A stretch of 64,000 bases of DNA, taken from a virus. The stretch spans positions 6,462 through 70,461 of the IMG/VR virus record IMGVR_UViG_3300025646_000031. The stretch is one strand, 5' to 3'. Positions 38,318-48,202 of the stretch are shown piece by piece (position 1 is the stretch's first letter; the number at the start of each line of letters is the position of its first letter). Under the pieces are notes generated by a model that worked only from the letters and a program-made list of their open reading frames with translations, was not told where the DNA came from and made no database searches. Made by a program: the position numbers and the translations under genes.

Positions 38318-40312
38318 ATGGCATTTCAAGTATCACCAGGCGTACAAGTCAGCGAAATAGACTTGACAAATGTTGTGCCTGCAGTATCAAGCACTACAGG
38401 TGCTTTCGCAGGTACTTTCAAATGGGGCCCTGTTGATGAAGTAGTAACAGTTTCAGACGCTAAAGGTTTGGTAGATGAGTTCTTTTCACCTGCAAACACA
38501 AATGCTGGAGCTGAAGACTTTTATTCAGCAGAAGCATTCTTGAAATACGGTTCATCATTAAGGGTAATTAGAATTAACTCAACTGGTTTGTATAGTGCAA
38601 ACCAAGGCGGAAATTCAACAACACTTCTTAAGAATGAAAGCGAATACGAATCAACATACCAAGACGGTTCACAAAATGCAACCGTTGGTACATTCGTAGC
38701 AAGATATGCAGGTGCCTTAGGAAACTCATTAAAAGTTTCAGTATGTGCTTCATCCGATGCTTATTTTAACGATAGTGTAACTGCTGTAAACAATCCTTCT
38801 AATGAAGCTGCAGGACAATCAGTCATCACAGTAGATGATGGTTCTGTGTTTACAGTAAGAGATATCATTAAGTTTGCTGGACATGATACAAAATATCGTG
38901 TTACAAACATTGATACTAACGATATCACTATTCAAGCATTAGGCGAACCTACAGGCACTGGTCTAACAACAACAGTTAACGATAATACTAATATTGATAG
39001 ATACTGGGAGTTCTACAATTTATTTGATAGAGCACCAGGAACATCTGCTTCAGCAACAGCCGCTGGCGGTTCTGCTGACGAAATACATATTGTTGTCGTA
39101 GACGAAGACGGTACAATTACTGGAACTAAAAACCAAGTTTTAGAGATTCATGGTTTTGTATCTTTAGCATCCGACGCTAAAGATTCAGTAGGTAATTCAA
39201 ATTATTATAAAAAGGTTTTAGAAAGAGATTCTAAATGGATTTGGTGGACAGGTCACTCAACAAACATGATGGCTTCTGCAACTGCAGATGTAACTCACAC
39301 AGATTCAGCATCTAGTGCTTTTTCAAGACCTTCAACTCCAGAAAATTCATCACTAAGTGGTGGTGCAGACGGCAGATCCCCAACTGCTGCTCAAAAATAT
39401 GGAGCATGGAACACACATTTTGCAGATGCAGAAACAACAGACATATCAATTCTAATCGTTGGTTCTACAAGAACAGACAACGGTTCAGGTACAGATCAAG
39501 ATGTAGTTGCAGATCACAACACAATTGTGAATCAGGCAATACAACTTTGTGAAACTAGAAAAGATTGTATGGTGGTTGTTTCACCAAGAAGATCATCTGT
39601 AGTAAATGTAACATCTGAATCAACACAATTATCAAATGTTCTCGCAGATTACGCTTCAGTAACTTCAAGTTCATATGCAGTGTTGGATTCAGGTTGGGTG
39701 TATCAGTACGATAGATTCAATGATCGATATGTTTGGGTACCAGGTAACGCTCACACAGCGGGTATCATGGCAAGATCAGACTTATTAAGAGACCCATGGT
39801 TCTCACCTGCTGGTTTCTCAAGAGGTCAATACTTAGGTATTACTAAACTTGCTTTCAATCCAAAACAAGCAAGTAGAGATGACTTATATCGTGCAAGAGT
39901 TAACCCAATCGTTACATTCCCAGGTCAAGGAACAGTATTGTTCGGCGACAAAACAGCATTAACAACACCTTCAGCATTTGATAGAATCAATGTCAGAAGA
40001 CTGTTTATTGTATTAGAGAAAGCAATTGCAACAGCTGCTAAAGCACAACTCTTTGAATTCAACGATGCATTCACAAGAGCACAATTTAGAGCTGCAGTAG
40101 AACCTTTCCTAAGAGATGTAAAAAACAGAAGAGGTCTTGTAGATTTCTCAGTTTTATGTGATGAAACAAATAACACAGATACAGTCATTGACAGAAACGA
40201 ATTTGTTTGTTCAATCTTTGTAAAACCTGCAAGATCAATCAACTATATAACTTTAAACTTTATAGCTGCAAGAAGTGGTGTAGAGTTTGAAGAAATCTAC
40301 GGAGCAGTTTAA
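38318..40312 (+). CDS. gp18: Tail sheath protein gp18
   Basis: SPGV...EIDLT, F.WGP, PWFSPAG..RG and FDRINVRRLF motifs. Confidence 0.96.
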   Translation: MAFQVSPGVQVSEIDLTNVVPAVSSTTGAFAGTFKWGPVDEVVTVSDAKGLVDEFFSPANTNAGAEDFYSAEAFLKYGSSLRVIRINSTGLYSANQGGNSTTLLKNESEYESTYQDGSQNATVGTFVARYAGALGNSLKVSVCASSDAYFNDSVTAVNNPSNEAAGQSVITVDDGSVFTVRDIIKFAGHDTKYRVTNIDTNDITIQALGEPTGTGLTTTVNDNTNIDRYWEFYNLFDRAPGTSASATAAGGSADEIHIVVVDEDGTITGTKNQVLEIHGFVSLASDAKDSVGNSNYYKKVLERDSKWIWWTGHSTNMMASATADVTHTDSASSAFSRPSTPENSSLSGGADGRSPTAAQKYGAWNTHFADAETTDISILIVGSTRTDNGSGTDQDVVADHNTIVNQAIQLCETRKDCMVVVSPRRSSVVNVTSESTQLSNVLADYASVTSSSYAVLDSGWVYQYDRFNDRYVWVPGNAHTAGIMARSDLLRDPWFSPAGFSRGQYLGITKLAFNPKQASRDDLYRARVNPIVTFPGQGTVLFGDKTALTTPSAFDRINVRRLFIVLEKAIATAAKAQLFEFNDAFTRAQFRAAVEPFLRDVKNRRGLVDFSVLCDETNNTDTVIDRNEFVCSIFVKPARSINYITLNFIAARSGVEFEEIYGAV

Positions 40313-40324
40313 CAGGAGTAAACA

Positions 40325-40825
40325 ATGGCAAGTATAGATCAATTTAAAGCACAACTAATCGGAGGTGGACCAAGATCCAACCGATTTAGAGTATTCATTC
40401 CTAGAACAGGAAATAGAATCGAATTCTTGTGTTCAGCTGCTCAGATTCCTGCTGCTGATATTGGCGAGGTTAAAGTTAAATGGATGGGCAATGAATTAAA
40501 AATGCCTGGTGACAGAACATTCGCAGATTGGACTGTCACAATCATTAACGACATAGAATTCTCAGCCAGAACAGCATTAGAATTGTGGCAAGGTGAAATA
40601 GTCGGTTATGGTGACTCTCAAGGTTCTACATCTTTAGACTTTATGGTCGACAGAGCATATGTTGAACAGTTAGACAAATCAGATGCAGTATTAGCAAGAT
40701 ATGAATTCTTCAATATGTGGCCAAAAACTATTGCAGCTATCTCTCTCAGTTATGAAACTGGTGCTGATGCAGTGCAAACATTTGAGGCTACATTCGCTTT
40801 CTCACATTGGGAAAGAGTACTTTAA
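40325..40825 (+). CDS. gp19: Tail tube protein gp19
   Basis: GG.R.N.F.V and PGDRTF.DWTVTI.ND motifs. Confidence 0.93.
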   Translation: MASIDQFKAQLIGGGPRSNRFRVFIPRTGNRIEFLCSAAQIPAADIGEVKVKWMGNELKMPGDRTFADWTVTIINDIEFSARTALELWQGEIVGYGDSQGSTSLDFMVDRAYVEQLDKSDAVLARYEFFNMWPKTIAAISLSYETGADAVQTFEATFAFSHWERVL

Positions 40826-40854
40826 TTAGTGAGAAATAACACCCTATAAGGTGT

Positions 40855-40862
40855 TATAAATA
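40855..40862 (+). promoter_or_regulatory. Late promoter
   Basis: TATAAATA, 5 nt before the gp20 ATG. Confidence 0.8.
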
Positions 40863-40867
40863 AAATT

Positions 40868-42403
40868 ATGGAATTATTCGGGTTTGAAATCACTCGTAAG
40901 AGGGATGAACTAAGAGCAACTGAGGTCGCTAAGGCGCCCTCATTTGTTCCACCTGTCGATGATGACGGCACTCCTGTCATACAATCGCAACCAGGCGGTT
41001 TTATTACAGGAGGTGCATATGGTTCATACATTGACATGGAAGGTGGTATTAAGAATGAGGCAGAACTCATTCGAAGATACCGAGAAACTTCTTTAATTCC
41101 TGAAGTTGATTCAGCGATTGAAGATATTGTTAATGAGTGTATCACTTCTGATAGTTCAGATAGGATAGTATCACTCGATCTCAGAGATGTGAAACTCTCT
41201 GATAGTATCAAGTCAAAGATACAAGATGAGTTTTACCATATCCTAAACATAATGAAGTTCAATCAGAACTCTCATGAACTCTTCAGAAAATGGTACATAG
41301 ATGGAAGAATTTACTTTCATAAAGTTGTTGACAGTAAAAGACCTAAAGCAGGTATTGTCGACTTAAGAAATGTTGATCCTATAAAGATCAAAAAGGTCCG
41401 TAATATAGAAAAGGAAAGAGATCCAAAGACTAAGGTCGAAAGGATCAAGAAAATAGAAGAGTTTTATCTCTTCAACGATAAAGGTTTTGATAAGTCTGGT
41501 TCAGGCGAGGGTAATACCGTCAAAATCGCACCTGAGGCAGTATGTTACACTACTTCAGGTTTACTTGACTACACTAAGAATGTAGTAGTTGGGTATCTGC
41601 ATAAGGCATTGAAGACTGCAAATCAGTTATCAATGATAGAAGATGCACTTGTTATCTATAGGATTTCAAGGGCACCTGAAAGAAGAATTTTCTACATTGA
41701 TGTAGGTAACCTTCCAAAGGCAAAGGCAGAACAATATCTTGCAGATACAATGAACAGGTATAGAAATAAACTTGTTTATAATGCACAGACAGGTGAGATC
41801 AAAGATGATCGTAAACACATGTCTATGTTAGAAGATTTTTGGTTACCACGAAGAGAAGGTGGTAGAGGTACAGAGATCACTACTTTGCCAGGTGGGCAAA
41901 ACTTAGATGATATCGCAGATATAGAGTACTTCAAAAAGAAACTATATCATGCATTGAATGTACCATTCTCTAGAATGGAATCAGATAACGGATTCAATAT
42001 GGGTCGTACATCTGAGATTACTAGAGACGAATTGAAGTTTAATAAATTTACTAATAGACTTCAGAAAAAATTTGCAAGAGTATTTGTTGACATTCTTAGA
42101 ACTCAATTGATACTCAAAGAGATTGTAAGTGGTGAAGAATTTGATGAAGTTAAGGACTATTTACAATTTGATTTTGCAACCGACAACCATTTTACAGAGT
42201 TGAAGGATGCAGAAATACTTAGAGAAAGAGTTGATACTCTAAATTCTCTAGGTGATTTTGTCGGTAAATACTACTCACATGAATATGTAAGAAAGTATGT
42301 ACTAAGACAAACAGAAGATGAAATTAAGATCATTGACGCTCAGATCGAACAAGAAAAAGAATCAGGCGGAAATGAAAAAGAAGATGAATTTGGTGGATTT
42401 TAG
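40868..42403 (+). CDS. gp20: Portal protein gp20
   Basis: IYRISRAPERRIFYIDVGNLPK.KAEQY and EDFWLPRREGGRGTEITTLPGG motifs. Confidence 0.97.
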   Translation: MELFGFEITRKRDELRATEVAKAPSFVPPVDDDGTPVIQSQPGGFITGGAYGSYIDMEGGIKNEAELIRRYRETSLIPEVDSAIEDIVNECITSDSSDRIVSLDLRDVKLSDSIKSKIQDEFYHILNIMKFNQNSHELFRKWYIDGRIYFHKVVDSKRPKAGIVDLRNVDPIKIKKVRNIEKERDPKTKVERIKKIEEFYLFNDKGFDKSGSGEGNTVKIAPEAVCYTTSGLLDYTKNVVVGYLHKALKTANQLSMIEDALVIYRISRAPERRIFYIDVGNLPKAKAEQYLADTMNRYRNKLVYNAQTGEIKDDRKHMSMLEDFWLPRREGGRGTEITTLPGGQNLDDIADIEYFKKKLYHALNVPFSRMESDNGFNMGRTSEITRDELKFNKFTNRLQKKFARVFVDILRTQLILKEIVSGEEFDEVKDYLQFDFATDNHFTELKDAEILRERVDTLNSLGDFVGKYYSHEYVRKYVLRQTEDEIKIIDAQIEQEKESGGNEKEDEFGGF

Positions 42404-42412
42404 GAGTAAACC

Positions 42413-42583
42413 ATGAGTGAAATAAGTAAACAAATAGTAGATCAAATCGCTAATAAAGAATTTAGTGATGCAAAAGATTCAATCTTTCAAGGTCTACACA
42501 AAGCAGCTGCTGATACAGTAGACATGAAAAGAGTCGAAATGTCAACAGATTGGATGAACAAAGAAAAGGAAACTGAAAAGTAA
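42413..42583 (+). CDS. Small prohead core protein (gp67 position); not in the ORF track
   Basis: AGGAG SD; 56 aa MSEISKQIVDQIANKEFSDAKDSIFQGLHK...; fills the gap after gp20. Confidence 0.7.
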   Translation: MSEISKQIVDQIANKEFSDAKDSIFQGLHKAAADTVDMKRVEMSTDWMNKEKETEK

Positions 42584-42882
42584 TGAAAACTTTCCAACAA
42601 ATGAGTAGAGAATTGTCTGAAGCAAAAATGAAATTGCCTTCTGGTCATAAAGAACTCAAAACAGAATTAGTTAAAGTTGGGAGTAAAACATACGAATTGG
42701 TCTTTTCACAAAAAGGCAGTAAAGTACATGTCTTTTTAGATGGTATGGATACAGGTGAAGAATATAGAGATTTAAAAACTGCAGAGAAAGAAACAAAAAA
42801 TATCAAAGCAGTTTTAAAACAAATGGGAGAAGATTTCTCATTTGAAGAATTCAAGGAGATTTTCAATGAAACTAATATCTGA
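42583..42882 (+). CDS. Prohead core/internal protein (gp68 position)
   Basis: MKTFQQM..ELSE N-terminus resembles T4 capsid-targeting leaders; synteny. Confidence 0.55.
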   Translation: MKTFQQMSRELSEAKMKLPSGHKELKTELVKVGSKTYELVFSQKGSKVHVFLDGMDTGEEYRDLKTAEKETKNIKAVLKQMGEDFSFEEFKEIFNETNI

Positions 42883-43519
42883 ATTTAACGACTACGAAGT
42901 TTCACCAGTTATTGTAGAACAAAACGAAAAGGGCGAGAAAGAATACTTTATCGAAGGCATCTTCATGCAATCTGAAATCAAAAACAGAAACGGTAGAGTT
43001 TACCCCAAAAATATCATGGAGAAAGAAGTCAATCGTTACAGAGAACAATTCATTGACAAGAAAAGGGCATTCGGAGAGTTAGGACATCCTGAAGGCCCAA
43101 CAATCAATTTAGACAGAGTATCCCATTTGATAACATCTTTAGAAGAAGATGGTAACAATTTCGTGGGAAGAGCAAAGATTTTATCAACACCCAACGGTCA
43201 GATTGTCAGAAATCTGATCAATGACGGTGCAAAACTTGGTGTATCATCTAGAGGTCTAGGTTCACTAGAACAAAAGGGTGATGCTCAATATGTAAAAGGC
43301 GATTTTCAGTTGGCAACTGCCGCTGATATCGTTGCGGATCCTTCTGCACCTGAGGCCTTCGTTGAAGGAATCATGGAAGGAGTAGAGTGGATATATGAAA
43401 ATGGTATTCTAAAAGCACGAAGTGCAGAGAAAATGAGAGATGAACTCTTATCTGCAAAGAAAGTCAAATTAGAAGAAACCAAACTGAAGTTATGGAAACA
43501 GTTCGTTGAGAACTTATAA
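42866..43519 (+). CDS. gp21: Prohead protease gp21
   Basis: IEGIFMQ...NRNGRVYP, GELGHP, GVSSRG.GS and D.VADPSAP.AFV motifs; AGGAG SD. Confidence 0.95.
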   Translation: MKLISEFNDYEVSPVIVEQNEKGEKEYFIEGIFMQSEIKNRNGRVYPKNIMEKEVNRYREQFIDKKRAFGELGHPEGPTINLDRVSHLITSLEEDGNNFVGRAKILSTPNGQIVRNLINDGAKLGVSSRGLGSLEQKGDAQYVKGDFQLATAADIVADPSAPEAFVEGIMEGVEWIYENGILKARSAEKMRDELLSAKKVKLEETKLKLWKQFVENL

Positions 43520-43521
43520 CA

Positions 43522-43529
43522 TATAAATA
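43522..43529 (+). promoter_or_regulatory. Late promoter
   Basis: TATAAATA before gp22. Confidence 0.8.
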
Positions 43530-43559
43530 AATAATAGAAAACTCAAACAGGAGAAAAGT

Positions 43560-44894
43560 ATGGCAGAGTTAGATAAAAACCTAAAAGCAATTGGAGAGGC
43601 ACAACAGCCTGATTCAAATGCTGAGAAAGGTGACAAAGTAGCTCCAAAACAAGGTTCGAGTGATGCTGAATCAGTAAATGTTTCAGGTAAAGCTCCAGTC
43701 GTCAAACCTGAAGAAAATCCTGTTGACAAAGCTGTCGATGCCGTTCATAAGGCAGAAGACGAAACTAAACCTGTCAAAGATGCAGTTAACAAATTATCTG
43801 CACCTGCTGAGAAAGGTTCAAAGTTAAAAGAAGATGAAGATTCAGATGAAGTCAAACTTTCTAAAATGGAATCCATCAAGGCTGTCGTCAACACTATGAA
43901 GGATATGACTAAGGAAGAACTTCTAAAAACTTTTGGTCAAATATCAGAAGAAGAAGTTGACGAATCCTTGACTAAAGCAGAAGTCGCCAGAAAAATCGTT
44001 GAAACTTTAAAAGGTATGGACGAAGCAGATGTTGCTAAGTTCGCTGAAGGTTGGATGAAAAAAGGCGAAGAAGAGGAAGAAGAGGAAGAAGAACATGAAT
44101 CAGTTAAAGAAGAAACTGAAAATTCTTCCGAAGTTGAATCTTCACTAGTTGAGATTGAAGTAGAAGACGACCTCAATGCAATCTCAGAAGCACTCGAATT
44201 ATCAAAAGAGAATGCTGAGAAAGCAAGAACAATCTTTAAAGCGGCTGTTCAATCTAAAGTAAAAGAAATTAAAGAATCTTTAGAATCTCAGTATTCAGAA
44301 GAATTGAAAACCTCAGTAGAAAAAGTTAAAGCTGATCTATCAGAAGCTGTAGACAAGTATCTATCTTATTGTGCAGAAGAGTGGACGAAAGAAAACGAAC
44401 TCGCAATCGAAAGAGGTTTGAGATCAGAAATGACTGAAAACTTTATCGAAGGACTAAAAACATTGTTCGTAGAACATTATGTTGATGTACCAGAAGACAA
44501 GTATGATGTTATTGATGAACTCGCAAATCGTCTCGATGAGATGGAAGCAAAACTTGACAGTGAAGTCCAAAAAAATATGGAAATAACTGAAGAGAACGAC
44601 CAACTCAAAAGAGGTAACATTGTGAGACAGGCAGGTGAAGACCTAACTGAATCACAAAGAGAAAAACTAAATTCTCTATCAGAAGGAGTAGACTTCAAAG
44701 ATGCAGAAGATTTCGCAGAGAAAATTTCTGAAATCAAAGAAGCTTATTTCCCTACAGAGAAAGAAACTATTGCTGAAGAAACTGTAGTAGAAGAAGGTAC
44801 AGGAAGTTTTGAAGATGAAACATCTGAAAAAACTTACTCACCTGAAATGAATCAGTATCTAAAAGCGGTTTCTAAATTAAAACCACTAAGTTAA
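43560..44894 (+). CDS. gp22: Prohead scaffold gp22
   Basis: Acidic coiled coil; VDKYLSY..EEW..EN..AIE.G and F..GLK.LF.EHY motifs. Confidence 0.9.
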   Translation: MAELDKNLKAIGEAQQPDSNAEKGDKVAPKQGSSDAESVNVSGKAPVVKPEENPVDKAVDAVHKAEDETKPVKDAVNKLSAPAEKGSKLKEDEDSDEVKLSKMESIKAVVNTMKDMTKEELLKTFGQISEEEVDESLTKAEVARKIVETLKGMDEADVAKFAEGWMKKGEEEEEEEEEHESVKEETENSSEVESSLVEIEVEDDLNAISEALELSKENAEKARTIFKAAVQSKVKEIKESLESQYSEELKTSVEKVKADLSEAVDKYLSYCAEEWTKENELAIERGLRSEMTENFIEGLKTLFVEHYVDVPEDKYDVIDELANRLDEMEAKLDSEVQKNMEITEENDQLKRGNIVRQAGEDLTESQREKLNSLSEGVDFKDAEDFAEKISEIKEAYFPTEKETIAEETVVEEGTGSFEDETSEKTYSPEMNQYLKAVSKLKPLS

Positions 44895-44915
44895 TTTTAA
44901 AGGAGAAAATGTAAA

Positions 44916-46229
44916 ATGTTCTTATCAGAAAATTTACAACAAAAGTGGCAGCCTATTCTAGAGCACTCTGATCTTCCTGAGATCAAAGACAACTACAAGA
45001 AAGCTGTTACAGCAGTTATCCTCGAAAACCAAGAGAGAGCTTTATCAGAAGACAGAGCTACTCTTTCCGAGGCTGCACCTTTAAATGCTACTGGAAGTTC
45101 TGCAATCAATAATTGGGATCCAATTTTGATCTCATTAGTGAGAAGAGCTATGCCAAATCTCGTTGCATACGACATTTGCGGTGTTCAACCAATGACAGGT
45201 CCTACAGGTCTTATCTTTGCTATGAAAGCAAGATATAACGACTATCCAACAGCTGGCCGTGAGAGTAAATCAGAAGCATTGTTTAACGAAGCTCGTTCAA
45301 CATATTCTTCATCTGCTCAAACAACAACTGCTGGATTAGGTTCAGATCCTGTAAGTGATCCTTTTGATGCAACTGGTCCTGCCACCTATGCTGGTGATAC
45401 AGGTTCAGGTATGTCAACAGCATCTGCCGAATCACTCGGTGATGCAGCTGGCAACCACTTTGCAGAAATGTCTTTCACAATCGAGAAAGCAACTGTCACA
45501 GCAAAATCCAGAGCACTTAAAGCTGAGTATACACTCGAATTAGCACAAGACCTCAAAGCAATCCACGGTCTTGATGCAGAATCAGAATTAGCAAATATTC
45601 TTTCATCAGAAATTCTTGCTGAAATCAACAGAGAAGTCGTTAGAGAAGTAAACCTTCAAGCAAAAACTGGCGCTTCTGCAACATCAACACCAGGCACATT
45701 CAACTTAGATGTTGATGCAAATGGTAGATGGTCTGTTGAGAAATTCAAAGGATTGTTGTTCCAAATCGAAAGAGAATCAAATGTTATCGCTAAAGAAACA
45801 AGAAGAGGTAAAGGTAACTTTATCCTTTGTTCTTCAGATGTAGCATCTGCTCTTTCAATGGCAGGCGTACTTGACTACGCTCCTGCTCTTTCAACTAACT
45901 TGAATGTTGACGATACTGGCAATACATTTGCTGGTCTTCTAAACGGAAGAGTTAAAGTTTACATCGACCCATATGCTGGTGTTGATTACTTGACAGTTGG
46001 ATACAGAGGAAGCAACCCTTATGATGCAGGTCTTTTCTACTGCCCATATGTTCCATTACAAATGGTCAGAGCTGTTGGTGAAAACACTTTCCAACCAAAA
46101 ATCGGTTTCAAAACAAGATATGGAATGGTTCCAAACCCATTCGTAACATCTTCACCTTTGAGCGCCGTTGCAGGTGGTCGTGGAAACAACCAATACTTCA
46201 GAAAGTTAGCTGTTTCAAACATTCTGTAA
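44916..46229 (+). CDS. gp23: Major capsid protein gp23
   Basis: GVQPMTGPTGLIFAM, SRALKAEYTLELAQDLKAIHGLDAE and FQPKIGFKTRYG motifs. Confidence 0.98.
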   Translation: MFLSENLQQKWQPILEHSDLPEIKDNYKKAVTAVILENQERALSEDRATLSEAAPLNATGSSAINNWDPILISLVRRAMPNLVAYDICGVQPMTGPTGLIFAMKARYNDYPTAGRESKSEALFNEARSTYSSSAQTTTAGLGSDPVSDPFDATGPATYAGDTGSGMSTASAESLGDAAGNHFAEMSFTIEKATVTAKSRALKAEYTLELAQDLKAIHGLDAESELANILSSEILAEINREVVREVNLQAKTGASATSTPGTFNLDVDANGRWSVEKFKGLLFQIERESNVIAKETRRGKGNFILCSSDVASALSMAGVLDYAPALSTNLNVDDTGNTFAGLLNGRVKVYIDPYAGVDYLTVGYRGSNPYDAGLFYCPYVPLQMVRAVGENTFQPKIGFKTRYGMVPNPFVTSSPLSAVAGGRGNNQYFRKLAVSNIL

Positions 46230-46248
46230 GAATCTTACGATTCGAACT

Positions 46249-46278
46249 AAAGGGGATCTTTTTAGATCCCCTTTTTTT
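46249..46278 (+). terminator. Intrinsic terminator
   Basis: AAAGGGGATCT-tttt-AGATCCCCTTT stem with T run after gp23. Confidence 0.9.
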
Positions 46279-46317
46279 ATGCACTAAATAATATAAATAT
46301 CCTTAGGAGGGATTGTT

Positions 46318-46539
46318 ATGTCAGAATATGCAAAAAATGTGAAAGTGTTAGAAGGACCATGGGAGAGAAGTGCTTTTCCTGATGGTGAAGAAACTACAAA
46401 TGTAGTAAGTAGAACAGTGATCACACGATATGTTAAAGATGGTTATCTTTGTGAAGATGTTGTAACTAGAGAATACAAAAATGGTGATGATTACTTTGAT
46501 TCAACTACAAGCAAGAGGTTAATAAAACTTGGCAACTAA
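46318..46539 (+). CDS. Hypothetical protein
   Basis: TATAAATA at 46292; AGGAGG SD. Confidence 0.7.
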   Translation: MSEYAKNVKVLEGPWERSAFPDGEETTNVVSRTVITRYVKDGYLCEDVVTREYKNGDDYFDSTTSKRLIKLGN

Positions 46540-47068
46540 TATCAATAAATCCATTTTAAATAAGAACAATTTTAAACTTCTTATTGACAAAGTTCCTACA
46601 GTAGAATACTATGTACAAACTGTTTCAATACCAGGTATGCAATTTACTGAAACAGTTCAATCTGCAGGTATTGGTTTAGATGCTTATTTTCCAGGCGATA
46701 AAATTTCATTTGAAACATTATCTGTAAAGTTTTTAATAGATGAAGATTTGGAAAACTATAAAGAGATTTATGATTGGATAAATTCTATAGTTCCTATTTC
46801 TAATCCTGCTGATTATAAAAATTATACTGATACTGTTACTACTGATAGTGGTAAGTTCAGTTCTATAGAAAATGCACTCAATCAATATTCAGATATTACA
46901 CTTGTATTAAACACAAACAAAAATATACCTAACAGATACTTTAGATTCTACGATTGTTTCCCACTTTCATTAGGTGGTTTAGAGTTACAATCTGGTGGAG
47001 AGAATGAACCAGTATCTTGTGAAGTGACTTTTAGATTCTCATATTACGACATAAATACCTCTAGTTAA
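46529..47068 (+). CDS. gp3: Tail tube terminator/completion protein gp3
   Basis: F.L.I...P.VEY..Q.V.IPG, F.IDEDL.NY.EIY.W and F.D.FP.SL motifs; TTG start. Confidence 0.85.
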   Translation: MATNINKSILNKNNFKLLIDKVPTVEYYVQTVSIPGMQFTETVQSAGIGLDAYFPGDKISFETLSVKFLIDEDLENYKEIYDWINSIVPISNPADYKNYTDTVTTDSGKFSSIENALNQYSDITLVLNTNKNIPNRYFRFYDCFPLSLGGLELQSGGENEPVSCEVTFRFSYYDINTSS

Positions 47069-47096
47069 AAACACATTTTCGTGTTATAATTATAGT

Positions 47097-47540
47097 ATGA
47101 ACTTGGATCAAATCAAAGAAATGTGGAAAGAAGATTGTGAGATAGATGATATCGAACTTGATAAATCTTCTTTAGAAATACCCAAACTACATGCAAAGTA
47201 CTCAGAACTATTAACTGATAAAACTGTAGCATTAAAAAATCTACAGTTTAAATACAACATATTATTAAGAGATAAGTGGTTGTGGTATAATGCTAAGTTA
47301 GATGAAGATACCATTAAGAAATATGGTTGGAAAGATGATCCCTTTGATGGTGTTAAAGTGATGAAGAATGATATGAACTATTTCTTTAATTCAGATGAAG
47401 ATTTACAAAAGATTTCTGCACAAGTTGAATATCATAAAATCACCATAGACTTTCTCAAAGAATGTATGCAGAACATTACTTGGAGACATCAAACAATTAA
47501 GAACACAATAGATTGGCGTAAATTTATGTCAGGTGCATAA
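47097..47540 (+). CDS. uvsY: Recombination mediator UvsY
   Basis: W..D..ID..ELD..SL.IP.LH.KY and IKN.IDW.KF motifs. Confidence 0.88.
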   Translation: MNLDQIKEMWKEDCEIDDIELDKSSLEIPKLHAKYSELLTDKTVALKNLQFKYNILLRDKWLWYNAKLDEDTIKKYGWKDDPFDGVKVMKNDMNYFFNSDEDLQKISAQVEYHKITIDFLKECMQNITWRHQTIKNTIDWRKFMSGA

Positions 47541-48202
47541 TGATATTAAACAAGTATATTTGGGCATTACCGAACGCCTTTAGTGAAATTGAAGTGCAAG
47601 AGATCGAAAGACTTGCCTTACAAAATGAAATACAAGATGCATTAGTTGGTGACAATCAACTTTCAGAACACGGAGAAAAACAAGAAGGAAAGTCAGTTAG
47701 TGAAATTCGTACTTCTTCTCTTAGATGGATAGAAAATCTATCGCAACCTTTAGAAGATAAAGTAGCTGATCTTGTCAATCAATGTTATTCTGATACAGGT
47801 TGGTATTGGAATATACTACATCATCAAACATGGCAATATACAGTTTATAACGAACAACCCAATCGAAAGAAAGGTGACTTCTATACATGGCATACAGATG
47901 CTGGTCCAAACACATATGCTGATGGTACAATTAGGAAATTGAGTTGTACTATTCAATTATCTAACCCTAATGAGTATGAGGGTGGACACTTTCAGTGGTT
48001 AGATGCGACTGCGGAATTTGATAGAATGCAAGATTCTCCTATCATTAATATGACAAATTCAATACAAACTATACCTTTTAGTATGAAACAAAAAGGTACT
48101 ATCATATTTTTTCCGTCCTTTTTACATCATCAAGTAACACCAGTATTGAGGGGTCAAAGAAAATCATTAGTAGGATGGTTTGTAGGTCCTCCTTATGCCT
48201 AA
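47540..48202 (+). CDS. 2OG-Fe(II) oxygenase, prolyl-hydroxylase/PKHD-like
   Basis: Y.WHTD, RKLS.TIQLS.P.EYEGG and FPSFL.H.V.PV..G.RKSLV.W motifs. Confidence 0.9.
   Translation: MILNKYIWALPNAFSEIEVQEIERLALQNEIQDALVGDNQLSEHGEKQEGKSVSEIRTSSLRWIENLSQPLEDKVADLVNQCYSDTGWYWNILHHQTWQYTVYNEQPNRKKGDFYTWHTDAGPNTYADGTIRKLSCTIQLSNPNEYEGGHFQWLDATAEFDRMQDSPIINMTNSIQTIPFSMKQKGTIIFFPSFLHHQVTPVLRGQRKSLVGWFVGPPYA

Noticed and set aside
44066-44100. GAA-rich run in gp22 as a regulatory microsatellite
   Set aside because: Encodes a poly-Glu stretch, normal for an acidic scaffold protein.
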